Source: Faecousia sp. (lineage in GTDB: Bacteria > Bacillota > Clostridia > Oscillospirales > Oscillospiraceae). Taken from it: a stretch of 60,898 nucleotides of DNA. Every line of letters starts with the position of its first letter. Within the stretch, counting starts at the first letter, position 1. The stretch lies in NCBI GenBank assembly GCA_045591335.1, contig JAZNSR010000062.1:1-60898 (forward strand), given 5' to 3'. Below the pieces are notes generated by a model. The model was not told the origin of the DNA. It did no database searches and saw only the letters and a list, made by a program, of their open reading frames with translations. Below are positions 40,590 to 49,032 of the stretch, in pieces. The position numbers and the translations under genes were made by a program.

Positions 40590-41618
40590 TCAACGCTGTT
40601 CCTCCCCGCCGATCACTTCCTGCAAGCGATCACAGCAGCGGAACAGCTCAATATACAGCATCAGTTCATCCCTGGAGGATATCTCCAGCTTTTGATAAAT
40701 GCTGCGGTTATGCTTTTTCACCGTGTTGATGCTGATAAAGGCCAAATCGGGAATTTTCCCAATATCATGCCCTTCCACATAATAGCGTAAAATTCGTTGC
40801 TCCGCAGAAGACAGTGTCTTTGCCTTTTCCGCAAAGCTGCGGAACATCTGCTCCATGCTGGGGGGCAGTGAACCGGGATTCACCTGCCCGGTGTTCAGCT
40901 GGGTCAACATCTGCACGCTGACCAAAGACCCACTGGGCTGAATAATGCCATAATCGCAGAGCATGGTGTAGATCAGCAAAAGCAGCATGGCCGTGACCAT
41001 ATAAGACACTGACAAAAACTCAAAGCGTCCATCCACCAGCTGCTCCACCAGCCACACGCCCACATTCAGCAGCACTGTCAGCAGCAAAAACAGGATATAT
41101 TTGGGAGAGGTGAGCCGTTTGGTTTTGGCAGCATAAAGGATAACGGCCAGCATATACACCACATAAGCCAGCAAATAAAGGGCATACAGATTATGCAATG
41201 GGCCATATTCCTTTTTCAGGCAGGTCAAGCCGTCAACGGTGACCAGCTCCACAGATTTATAATACAGCCCCAGCCAGTCGCCGCTGGCAGCCAGCGCAAA
41301 AACTGCCACACTGATGCCCGTTAGCAAAAGCACCACCCACCGGCGTTTTTGTACCCGGCACACATCATAAATGATCAGCAGCATCACCAGCATGGCAAAT
41401 GCGCCGCCAAAATAAGAAAGACCGTTGGCAAGCTTGGCGATCAGCACGGACCTGCAGACCGAAAGCAGAAAATAACCCCCGTTGGAAAGGGCAATGCAGC
41501 CAAAAAGCGCCATGAACAAGCGGTTTTTCTTTTTGTCAAAGAACAGATCTGCCGCAAAGATCAGCGCAGACAATAATGCAAGAATACCGTAAATGATGGA
41601 TAGTGCGCTGAGCTTCAT
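40590..41618 (-). CDS. membrane 7TM sensor fused to LuxR-type HTH
   Basis: about 7 TM segments with EYGPL loop; LSSAEQRIL...ISINTVKKHNRSIYQKL. Confidence 0.8.
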   Translation of the reverse strand: MKLSALSIIYGILALLSALIFAADLFFDKKKNRLFMALFGCIALSNGGYFLLSVCRSVLIAKLANGLSYFGGAFAMLVMLLIIYDVCRVQKRRWVVLLLTGISVAVFALAASGDWLGLYYKSVELVTVDGLTCLKKEYGPLHNLYALYLLAYVVYMLAVILYAAKTKRLTSPKYILFLLLTVLLNVGVWLVEQLVDGRFEFLSVSYMVTAMLLLLIYTMLCDYGIIQPSGSLVSVQMLTQLNTGQVNPGSLPPSMEQMFRSFAEKAKTLSSAEQRILRYYVEGHDIGKIPDLAFISINTVKKHNRSIYQKLEISSRDELMLYIELFRCCDRLQEVIGGEEQR

Positions 41619-41689
41619 AGCCGCTTGCCTCCTTTCCAAAAGTATACTTATTATATATAAAACCCGTTGAAAAAGCAATGATAATTGCA

Positions 41690-41719
41690 AAAGGCTGCCT
41701 CATTTTTGAGACAGCCTTT
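41690..41719 (-). terminator. terminator of P-type ATPase
   Basis: aaaggctgcctca/tgagacagccttt. Confidence 0.65.
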
Positions 41720-41724
41720 CGGGA

Positions 41725-44466
41725 TTATTTCTTCATTGCTCTTTGGATCAGCTTCACAAGCTCTACAATGGGGATCACCAGGAACGCAAGGCCCATGGCG
41801 ATGCCATATTCCAGCCAACCAATGGTGGTAAAATTAAACGCATCAGCCAGGAAGGGCACTTCGATGATCAAGGTGGTCAGCAAAAGGCTGCCCAGCATGG
41901 CTGCCCATAGGATCTTGTTCTGGCGTCTGAGGGTAAACACACTCTTGCGCTGAGAGCGCATGTTGAAGCTGTGGAAGATCTCGCACATGCTCATGGTCAG
42001 GAAGGCCATGGTCATGCCGTGACCGGACTCAGAAGCTGTCCGCAAAGCGGCAATTCCGTCCTTGGCATAAACCGCAAAATTCTCCAAAAGAAGCTGCAGG
42101 GTAAAGCCATCACCCAGCACACCCATGGCATGCTCCATAATAGCGCCGATCAAATAAGCAGCAATGGTCAGCACTGCCACCAAAACGCCCTGGTATACCA
42201 CATCAAAGCCCAGACCGCCGGAGAAAATGCCGTCCTTGGAATTACGGGGATTGCGATGCATGGTGTCCGGTTCAGCCTCCTCCATACCCAAAGCCAAGGC
42301 CGGGAAGCAGTCAGTCACCAGGTTGATAAACAGCAGATGCACGGGATTCAGCAGAGTGAAGCCCATAAGGGTGGCGCCAAACACGCCCAGCACCTCGCTC
42401 ATATTGGAGGCCAGCAGGAACTGAATGGCCTTGCGGATATTGTCATAAATCCGGCGGCCCTCGCCCACAGCGGTGACGATAGTGGCAAAGTTATCGTCGG
42501 CCAGCACCATATGCGCCACATTCTTGGTCACATCCGTACCGGTAATGGCCATGCCCACACCAATGTCCGCAGACTTAATGGAGGGCGCATCGTTCACGCC
42601 GTCACCGGTCATAGCGGTGATGCAGCCATTTGCCTTCCAGGCGGTAACGATGCGGGTCTTATGCTCCGGCTGCACACGGGCGTATACGCCGTACTTCTTC
42701 ACGACCTCCCGGAGCTCTTCGTCAGAAATATCATCCAGTTCAGCGCCGGTGATGGCCTCGGAAGCATCAGCAATAATGCCCAGCTCCCTGGCAATGGCCA
42801 CGGCAGTATCTTTATGGTCACCGGTGATCATCACCGGGCGAATACCTGCGCTGCGGCATTGGGCAATGGCATCCTTCACCTCCGGACGGACCGGGTCGAT
42901 CATGCCGGTCAGACCCAGGAAGCACAGCTCCTGCTCCAAATACTCAGGGCTATTATCCTCGGGCTTTTTATCCCAATTGCGCATGGCGGCTGCCAGCACA
43001 CGCAGGGCCTTATCCGCCATGGCTTTATTGGCTGCCATGATCTGAGCCCGCTTTTCTTCCGTCATGGGCTTGATCTGCCCATTTTCCAAATAACCGGTGC
43101 ACCGGGCAAGCACCACATCCGGGCCGCCCTTGGTATACTGCACAAACTTGCCATCCAACGCATGGATGGTGGACATCATTTTTCTGCCGGAATCAAAGGG
43201 CGCTTCGTCCACACGGGGGGTGGCAGCCTCCAGATCCTGCTTTTTCATGCCCAGGGAGCAAGCAAAATTCACCAGAGCGCATTCCGTGGGCTCGCCCTCT
43301 GCCTCATCTGCATCGTTAAGCGCCGCATCGGAGCAAAGGGCCATAGCGGTTGCCAGCAGTTGCGTATCACCCACATGCTCCACCACGGTCATTTTGTTCT
43401 GCGTCAGAGTGCCAGTCTTATCCGAGCAGATCACCTGGGTGCAGCCCAAAGTCTCCACGGCGGTCAGCCGACGGATCACCGCATTGCGCTTGGACATTTT
43501 GGTAACGCCCATAGAAAGCACCACGGTTACCACCGTTGCCAGGCCCTCGGGAACAGCAGCCACTGCTAGGGAAACTGCCAGCATAAAGGTGTCCAGCACG
43601 CCATCAATGGAATATGCCTGCTTCACCACCAGGTTAAACACGAAAATAAACACGCAGATCCCCAGCACCAGCCAGCTGAGGGTCTTGCCCAGCTGATCCA
43701 GTTTCCGCTGCAAAGGTGTCTGCTCCTCCTCGGTCTGAGCCAGTACGCCGGCGATCTTGCCCATCTCAGTGTTCATGCCTGTGCCGGTGACCACCGCCTT
43801 GCCGCGGCCATACACCACCGTAGAGCCCATGTAGCACATATTCTTCCGGTCGCCCAGAGGCACTTCCACCTGCTCGCCCATGCCCAAAATCTCGATCATT
43901 TTATTCACAGGCACGCTTTCGCCGGTCAATGCGGCTTCTTCGATCTTCAAGGAAGCGCTTTCCAGCAGCCGTCCGTCCGCAGGCACTGCGTCACCGGCCT
44001 CCAGCACCACGATATCACCGGGCACCAGCTCATCAGAATGCAGCACCATCTGCTTGCCGTCGCGGATCACCTTACAGGTGGCAGCGGTCATGGTCTGCAG
44101 CGCTTCAATGGCAGCCTCGGCCTTACTTTCCTGGATCACGCCCAAAATGGCATTGAGCAGTACCACAACAACGATGATGCCCACTTCCACCAGCCCCTCG
44201 GACAAATGGGCAAGGTCAGACACACGGGCGAAATCGATCAGGGTGTTACCTGCGGAAACCGCGGCTGCTACCATCAGGATGATCAGCATGGGATCCTTCA
44301 GCTGATTGAGAAATCTGCGGAAAGCAGAGATCTTTTCCGCCTCCTTCAGCTTGTTGGGGCCGTACTGCTGCAGCCGCTGGGCAGCCTGCTGGGATGTGAG
44401 GCCGCTGGCAGAGGTCTCCAGCTGCGCCATCACCGATTCGGCAGATTGCAGATAGGATTTTTCCAT
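41725..44466 (-). CDS. P2A-type cation-translocating P-type ATPase (Ca2+/Mn2+)
   Basis: TGES, VPEGL, DKTGTLT, MITGD, TGDGVNDAP. Confidence 0.92.
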   Translation of the reverse strand: MEKSYLQSAESVMAQLETSASGLTSQQAAQRLQQYGPNKLKEAEKISAFRRFLNQLKDPMLIILMVAAAVSAGNTLIDFARVSDLAHLSEGLVEVGIIVVVVLLNAILGVIQESKAEAAIEALQTMTAATCKVIRDGKQMVLHSDELVPGDIVVLEAGDAVPADGRLLESASLKIEEAALTGESVPVNKMIEILGMGEQVEVPLGDRKNMCYMGSTVVYGRGKAVVTGTGMNTEMGKIAGVLAQTEEEQTPLQRKLDQLGKTLSWLVLGICVFIFVFNLVVKQAYSIDGVLDTFMLAVSLAVAAVPEGLATVVTVVLSMGVTKMSKRNAVIRRLTAVETLGCTQVICSDKTGTLTQNKMTVVEHVGDTQLLATAMALCSDAALNDADEAEGEPTECALVNFACSLGMKKQDLEAATPRVDEAPFDSGRKMMSTIHALDGKFVQYTKGGPDVVLARCTGYLENGQIKPMTEEKRAQIMAANKAMADKALRVLAAAMRNWDKKPEDNSPEYLEQELCFLGLTGMIDPVRPEVKDAIAQCRSAGIRPVMITGDHKDTAVAIARELGIIADASEAITGAELDDISDEELREVVKKYGVYARVQPEHKTRIVTAWKANGCITAMTGDGVNDAPSIKSADIGVGMAITGTDVTKNVAHMVLADDNFATIVTAVGEGRRIYDNIRKAIQFLLASNMSEVLGVFGATLMGFTLLNPVHLLFINLVTDCFPALALGMEEAEPDTMHRNPRNSKDGIFSGGLGFDVVYQGVLVAVLTIAAYLIGAIMEHAMGVLGDGFTLQLLLENFAVYAKDGIAALRTASESGHGMTMAFLTMSMCEIFHSFNMRSQRKSVFTLRRQNKILWAAMLGSLLLTTLIIEVPFLADAFNFTTIGWLEYGIAMGLAFLVIPIVELVKLIQRAMKK

Positions 44467-44487
44467 AATTCCAAACTCCTTTACAAA

Positions 44488-44530
44488 AATAAAAGACCCA
44501 TGCACAGACAAACCGCCTATGCATGAGTCT
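44488..44530 (-). terminator. riboswitch expression-platform terminator
   Basis: minus strand agactcatgcataggc...gtctgtgcatgggtct-tttt; overlaps 3' arm of aptamer P1. Confidence 0.75.
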
Positions 44531-44614
44531 CACTCTTTCAAGCATTCCGGGCCAAAGGGCCGTTTTGACGGATCATGCTGCACATCTTACGATGTGGAAT
44601 TACTCCCTCATGTA
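44521..44614 (-). ncRNA. yybP-ykoY (Mn2+) riboswitch
   Basis: minus strand CATGAG-GGAGTAA...CCGTCAAAACGG...GTGAGA-CTCATG, with GGAGUA, CGUCA and GAGAC hallmarks, upstream of a P-type ATPase. Confidence 0.8.
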
Positions 44615-44751
44615 TAGGTTCAGTATATCAGTATTCCCAATAAAAAGTCAAGAAAAACTTTACGAAAGCAGGAAAATGTTTACAAATCAGCCTTTCACAT
44701 CTGGGAATTTTATGATAAAATGTATTTTAATCAACGAAAGGTGGCAGTAAT

Positions 44752-46047
44752 ATGACAAAAACCAAACAATCCCCCCGCTTCTGGCTGGCGCTGATTATTT
44801 TCAGTCTGGTGGGTCAGATTGCATGGGTCATGGAAAACATGTATTTAAATGTATTTATTTATGAGCGTTTCCATGCCAGTGCCCAGGCCATTTCTTTTAT
44901 GGTCAGTGCCAGCTCTGTGGCCGCCACAGTCACCACCCTTTTCATCGGTGCGCTTTCCGATAAGCTGGGCAAGCGCAAGGTGTTTATCTGCGGTGGTTAT
45001 CTTTGCTGGGGCGTTTCCATCTGGGCCTTTGCCGCCATTCGTATGGATACCGTCAGCGCCATCTTCCCTGCCGCGGCCTCCGCTGCCGCCATGGGCGTTG
45101 CCCTGGTGATCCTGCTGGACTGCATTATGACCTTCTTTGGCTCCGCAGCCAACGATGCCTGCTTCAATGCCTGGCTTACCGACTCCACCGATCACACCAA
45201 CCGAGGCGCAGCGGAGGGAATCAATTCCATGATGCCCATGCTGGCTATACTGGTGGTGTTTGGCGGTGCCATGTTCCTGAACCCGGAAGCCCCCGCTTAT
45301 TGGACCATTATTTTCGGTGTGATCGGCACGGTTGTGTTCCTTTTGGGTCTGCTGGGCTTCTTCCTCATTCAAGAGCCCAAGGTAAACACCGACGCCAACG
45401 CCAACTACTTTGCCAATCTGATCTACGGCTTCCGTCCCAAGGTGATCCGGCAGAATAAGGCCCTGTATCTGACCTTGATCGCCTATGCCGTATTCGGTAT
45501 TTCCATACAGATCTTTATGCCCTATTTGATCCTCTACTATACCGAAACGCTGAAAATGGATAATTATGTTTTGATTTTTGCCCCCGCCATTGTGCTGGCA
45601 GCCATCTTCACCTTCTTCTATGGCAAGCTTTACGACAAAAAGGGTTTTGGCCCGGCAGTCATGCCTGCTATGGGACTATTGATGGCAGGCTATGTGCTGC
45701 TTTATTTCTTCCGCAGCACTGTGCCCGTATTTATAGGCACACTGGTCATGCTCTGCGGCTATCTTTCCGGCATGGCGGTGTTCGGCGCTATGCTCCGGGA
45801 TCACACCCCGGAAAACAAGGCCGGCATGTTCCAGGGACAGCGGATCATTTGCCAGGTGTTGATCCCCGGCATCATCGGTCCTGCTATTGGCGCGGCGGTG
45901 CTGCGCAACGCGGAAACTGTCAGCAATTCTGACGGCACCACCTCTTTCCTGCCCAATGCCAATATTTTCCTGGCAGCCTTTGTGGCCGCCATTGCGATAT
46001 GGCTCATGCTCATCCCCCTGCTGCGTTCCAGGAAAAACACTGTCTGA
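44752..46047 (+). CDS. MFS transporter
   Basis: GALSDKLGKRK motif A; about 12 TM segments. Confidence 0.85.
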   Translation: MTKTKQSPRFWLALIIFSLVGQIAWVMENMYLNVFIYERFHASAQAISFMVSASSVAATVTTLFIGALSDKLGKRKVFICGGYLCWGVSIWAFAAIRMDTVSAIFPAAASAAAMGVALVILLDCIMTFFGSAANDACFNAWLTDSTDHTNRGAAEGINSMMPMLAILVVFGGAMFLNPEAPAYWTIIFGVIGTVVFLLGLLGFFLIQEPKVNTDANANYFANLIYGFRPKVIRQNKALYLTLIAYAVFGISIQIFMPYLILYYTETLKMDNYVLIFAPAIVLAAIFTFFYGKLYDKKGFGPAVMPAMGLLMAGYVLLYFFRSTVPVFIGTLVMLCGYLSGMAVFGAMLRDHTPENKAGMFQGQRIICQVLIPGIIGPAIGAAVLRNAETVSNSDGTTSFLPNANIFLAAFVAAIAIWLMLIPLLRSRKNTV

Positions 46048-46058
46048 GAGGAATTTTT

Positions 46059-47762
46059 ATGCTTCAAGATCTATATACCATCCACGGGGAACAGCTGCAG
46101 GGCACGCCCTGGCAGATTTATCCCCGCCCCCAAATGCGCCGCGAAAGCTATGTGAATCTGAACGGCAACTGGGATTTCACAGTAAACGAATCCCCCACCC
46201 CGCCCCAGGTCTATCCCCGCAGTATCCGGGTCCCCTTTTGCCCGGAGAGCCTTTTGTCCGGCATTCACCAGCATTTCCCGGAGGGCAGCTACCTTTGGTA
46301 CCGCAAGCAATGGCAATTGCCGGAGGACTTTTCCAAAGGCCGGGTGCTTCTGCACATCGGTGCGGCAGACCAGGAATTAACATGTTATGTTAACCGAAAA
46401 AAGGTGGGCAGTCACTCCGGCGGCTACACCGCCATGACCTTTGACATCACCGACTGTTTGCAGCCGGAAAACACCCTGGAGCTTTGCTGCCGGGATGATC
46501 TGACCGATCTGCGCCAGCCCTACGGCAAGCAAACGCTGAATCGGGGCGGCATGTGGTACACCCCGGTGTCCGGCATTTGGCAATCCGTTTGGCTGGAAAT
46601 CGTACCGGAAAGCTATATTCAAAAGCTGACTGTGAAAAACCGGGATTATACAGTCACCGTTTCTATTGAGCCTGCCCTTGCGGGCACCGTACATGTGGAA
46701 GCCTTAGGCGATTTCCCCCTGGAAAACGGGCAGGCAGTCATTGTCCCGGAAAATCCCCATCTGTGGTCACCGGATGACCCTTATCTTTATGATTTCACCG
46801 TGCATACGGACACAGACACAGTGGAAAGCTACTTTGCCATCCGCAGGCTTTCCATTGAAAACATCAACGGGCATCAGCGGCTTTGCCTTAACGGAAAGCC
46901 CTATTTCTTCCACGGCCTGCTGGACCAGGGCTACTGGCCCGATGGCATCTACACCCCTGCCAAGCCGGAATGCTATGCAGAGGATATTCTTGCCATGAAA
47001 GCCCTGGGCTTCAACACCCTGCGCAAGCATATTAAGGTAGAGCCCGAGGAATTCTATTATCAATGCGATAAGCTGGGCATGCTGGTGTTCCAGGATATGG
47101 TCAATAACAGCGATTACAATTTCCTGCGGGATACGGTCCTGCCCACCCTGGGCATCTCTCTGCAGGATAAAAACCTCCACCCGGATCCGGACAGCCGCAG
47201 AATCTTCCTGGAGAACATGACCGCCACTGTGCGGCAACTGGAAAGCCACCCCTGCATCGTTTACTGGACCATTTTCAACGAGGCCTGGGGTCAGTTTGAC
47301 AGCGACCGGGTTTACGAACAATTCAAAAAGCTGGATGACACCCGGTTTGTGGACAGCACCTCCGGCTGGTTCCGGCGCAAATGCAGCGATGTGGAAAGCC
47401 TGCATATTTACTTTGGCCCCTGGAGCAGACTAAAGACCCACGGCAAGCCCCTGGTGCTCAGTGAATTTGGCGGCCACGCCTATGGAGTGGAGCATCATGT
47501 TTTCAACCCGGAAAAGGCCTACGGCTATAAATCCTGCAAAACCCTGGAGGAATTCCATGCCTCTGTGGAACAGCTTTACCGGAAGCGGATCATCCCCGCT
47601 GTGAAAAAGGGTCTTTGCGGTGCAATTTACACCCAGGTTTCCGATGTGGAGGATGAGATCAACGGCCTATTGACCTACGACCGCAAGGTCTGCAAGGCAG
47701 ACCCCGCCACCATGCTGCAGTTGGCAAAGGAATTGACCGATGCCATCACCGCGGAGGGATAA
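46059..47762 (+). CDS. GH2 glycoside hydrolase (compact LDQGxWPDG type)
   Basis: SGIWQSVWLE, LDQGYWPDG, RKHIKVE, FNEAWGQ, SEFGG, YTQVSDVE.E.NG. Confidence 0.85.
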   Translation: MLQDLYTIHGEQLQGTPWQIYPRPQMRRESYVNLNGNWDFTVNESPTPPQVYPRSIRVPFCPESLLSGIHQHFPEGSYLWYRKQWQLPEDFSKGRVLLHIGAADQELTCYVNRKKVGSHSGGYTAMTFDITDCLQPENTLELCCRDDLTDLRQPYGKQTLNRGGMWYTPVSGIWQSVWLEIVPESYIQKLTVKNRDYTVTVSIEPALAGTVHVEALGDFPLENGQAVIVPENPHLWSPDDPYLYDFTVHTDTDTVESYFAIRRLSIENINGHQRLCLNGKPYFFHGLLDQGYWPDGIYTPAKPECYAEDILAMKALGFNTLRKHIKVEPEEFYYQCDKLGMLVFQDMVNNSDYNFLRDTVLPTLGISLQDKNLHPDPDSRRIFLENMTATVRQLESHPCIVYWTIFNEAWGQFDSDRVYEQFKKLDDTRFVDSTSGWFRRKCSDVESLHIYFGPWSRLKTHGKPLVLSEFGGHAYGVEHHVFNPEKAYGYKSCKTLEEFHASVEQLYRKRIIPAVKKGLCGAIYTQVSDVEDEINGLLTYDRKVCKADPATMLQLAKELTDAITAEG

Positions 47763-47770
47763 ATTCTAAT

Positions 47771-48142
47771 TTATCGAATGATACGGTCCAATATGCGGTA
47801 CAGGGTTACAGCGCCAAGGCTCAGCGGCACCCACAACAGACTATAGCCCAGGCAAATCTGCCCCATAAACTGAAAGGGCATCTGCCGGTAGTCCCAAACA
47901 GAATAATCCCGGTTGGCAAGCAGTCCCGTGATCAGCTCCACCGCCGTAATGATCCCCGCCCCGCCCAAGGCGTGGATGGGCGCAAGGCGGGTCCACTTGC
48001 CCAGCTGTCCCAAAAGCAAAAAACAGGTGCCCCCAGCCAAAAACATGCTATAGTGGCTGCGCCCCCGCCACAACATTTCCAGCCCCACATAGCCCAAGCC
48101 ACCCAAGAAAAACAGCAACATCTTTTTCCCAATGCCCATCAT
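47771..48142 (-). CDS. CmpB/TMEM229-like small membrane protein
   Basis: EMLWRGRSH.SM, ELITG, WDY..MP....GQIC. Confidence 0.75.
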   Translation of the reverse strand: MMGIGKKMLLFFLGGLGYVGLEMLWRGRSHYSMFLAGGTCFLLLGQLGKWTRLAPIHALGGAGIITAVELITGLLANRDYSVWDYRQMPFQFMGQICLGYSLLWVPLSLGAVTLYRILDRIIR

Positions 48143-48209
48143 ACGCCCTCCATTTTCTTCAATACCATAAGCATCTCCAAAAAAATCTGGAAAATACCGT
48201 GATTTCCTC

Positions 48210-48238
48210 TTGACAATTGGGCAACATAAGAGTATAAT
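48210..48238 (+). promoter_or_regulatory. sigma-A promoter of tRNA operon
   Basis: perfect TTGACA-N17-TATAAT. Confidence 0.85.
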
Positions 48239-48279
48239 GACAAAGCTGATTTCGGCAATGCCGAAATTATGACCAATAT

Positions 48280-48355
48280 GGCGGTATAACTCAGTTGGTA
48301 GAGTAGCCGGTTCATACCCGGTATGTCATCTGTTCGAATCAGATTACCGCTACCA
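48280..48355 (+). tRNA. tRNA-Met (CAT), elongator type
   Basis: GGCGGTA/TACCGCT acceptor stem, anticodon loop TTCATAC, TTCGAAT T-loop, encoded CCA. Confidence 0.9.
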
Positions 48356-48430
48356 GGCCCGTTGGTCAAGCGGTTAAGACACCGCCCTTTCACGGCGGTA
48401 ACATGGGTTCGATTCCCGTACGGGTCACCA
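48356..48430 (+). tRNA. tRNA-Glu (TTC)
   Basis: GGCCCGT/ACGGGTC acceptor stem, anticodon loop CTTTCAC, TTCGATT, encoded CCA. Confidence 0.93.
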
Positions 48431-48434
48431 AGGT

Positions 48435-48471
48435 AAAACAGGCTGGAAAGTTAATTTCCAGCCTGTTTTTT
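48435..48471 (+). terminator. tRNA operon terminator
   Basis: aaaacaggctggaaa/tttccagcctgtttt + T tract. Confidence 0.85.
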
Positions 48472-48597
48472 ATGTTTTAAACTTGTATGGACCGTCCGGA
48501 GGACGGTACATACAAGATAATTTCACGCGCTAGTTAACATAATTAGTTTACATAATCCAACCATTTTCTGTGCCGCAAAATTTCCAAATATTTCCTA

Positions 48598-48652
48598 TTG
48601 ACATTTTAGTCTATTCATGATAGACTGCAAGTACAGTCTACTGGCGATAGAC
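48598..48652 (+). promoter_or_regulatory. blaI-like promoter with two palindromic operators
   Basis: TTGACA-N17-TAGACT; AGTCTAT-tcatg-ATAGACT (48608-48626) and GTCTAC-tggcg-ATAGAC (48636-48652). Confidence 0.7.
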
Positions 48653-48669
48653 CAGAAGGAGGTAATCGT

Positions 48670-49032
48670 ATGAATGACATTCGTTTAGGTGTGGTGGAAG
48701 CCCGGTTTGCTGAGATCGTATGGCAAAACGCCCCCCTTTCCACTAAGGAGCTGATCGTTTTGTGTCAGCAGCAGCTGAACTGGAAGCGCACCACCACCTA
48801 CACCGTATTAAAAAAGCTCTGCGAAAGAGGCATTCTTTCCATGGAGGACAGCACCGTTACCGTGCGGATCGGGCGGGAGGAATTTTACGCCATTCAAAGC
48901 CAACAATTTGTGGAGGAAACCTTCAGCGGCTCGCTGCCTGCATTCCTGGCAGCCTTTGGCTCCCGCAAAAAGCCCTCCAGAGAGGAGCTTGCTCAGATCC
49001 GGTCCCTTTTGGATGCCTTTGAGGAGGAATGA
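48670..49032 (+). CDS. BlaI/MecI/CopY family repressor
   Basis: IVW, WKRTTTYTVLKKL.ERG, F.GSLPAFL.AF. Confidence 0.88.
   Translation: MNDIRLGVVEARFAEIVWQNAPLSTKELIVLCQQQLNWKRTTTYTVLKKLCERGILSMEDSTVTVRIGREEFYAIQSQQFVEETFSGSLPAFLAAFGSRKKPSREELAQIRSLLDAFEEE

Noticed and set aside
48139-48393. 84-aa minus-strand ORF
   Set aside because: Overlaps the tRNA genes and their promoter
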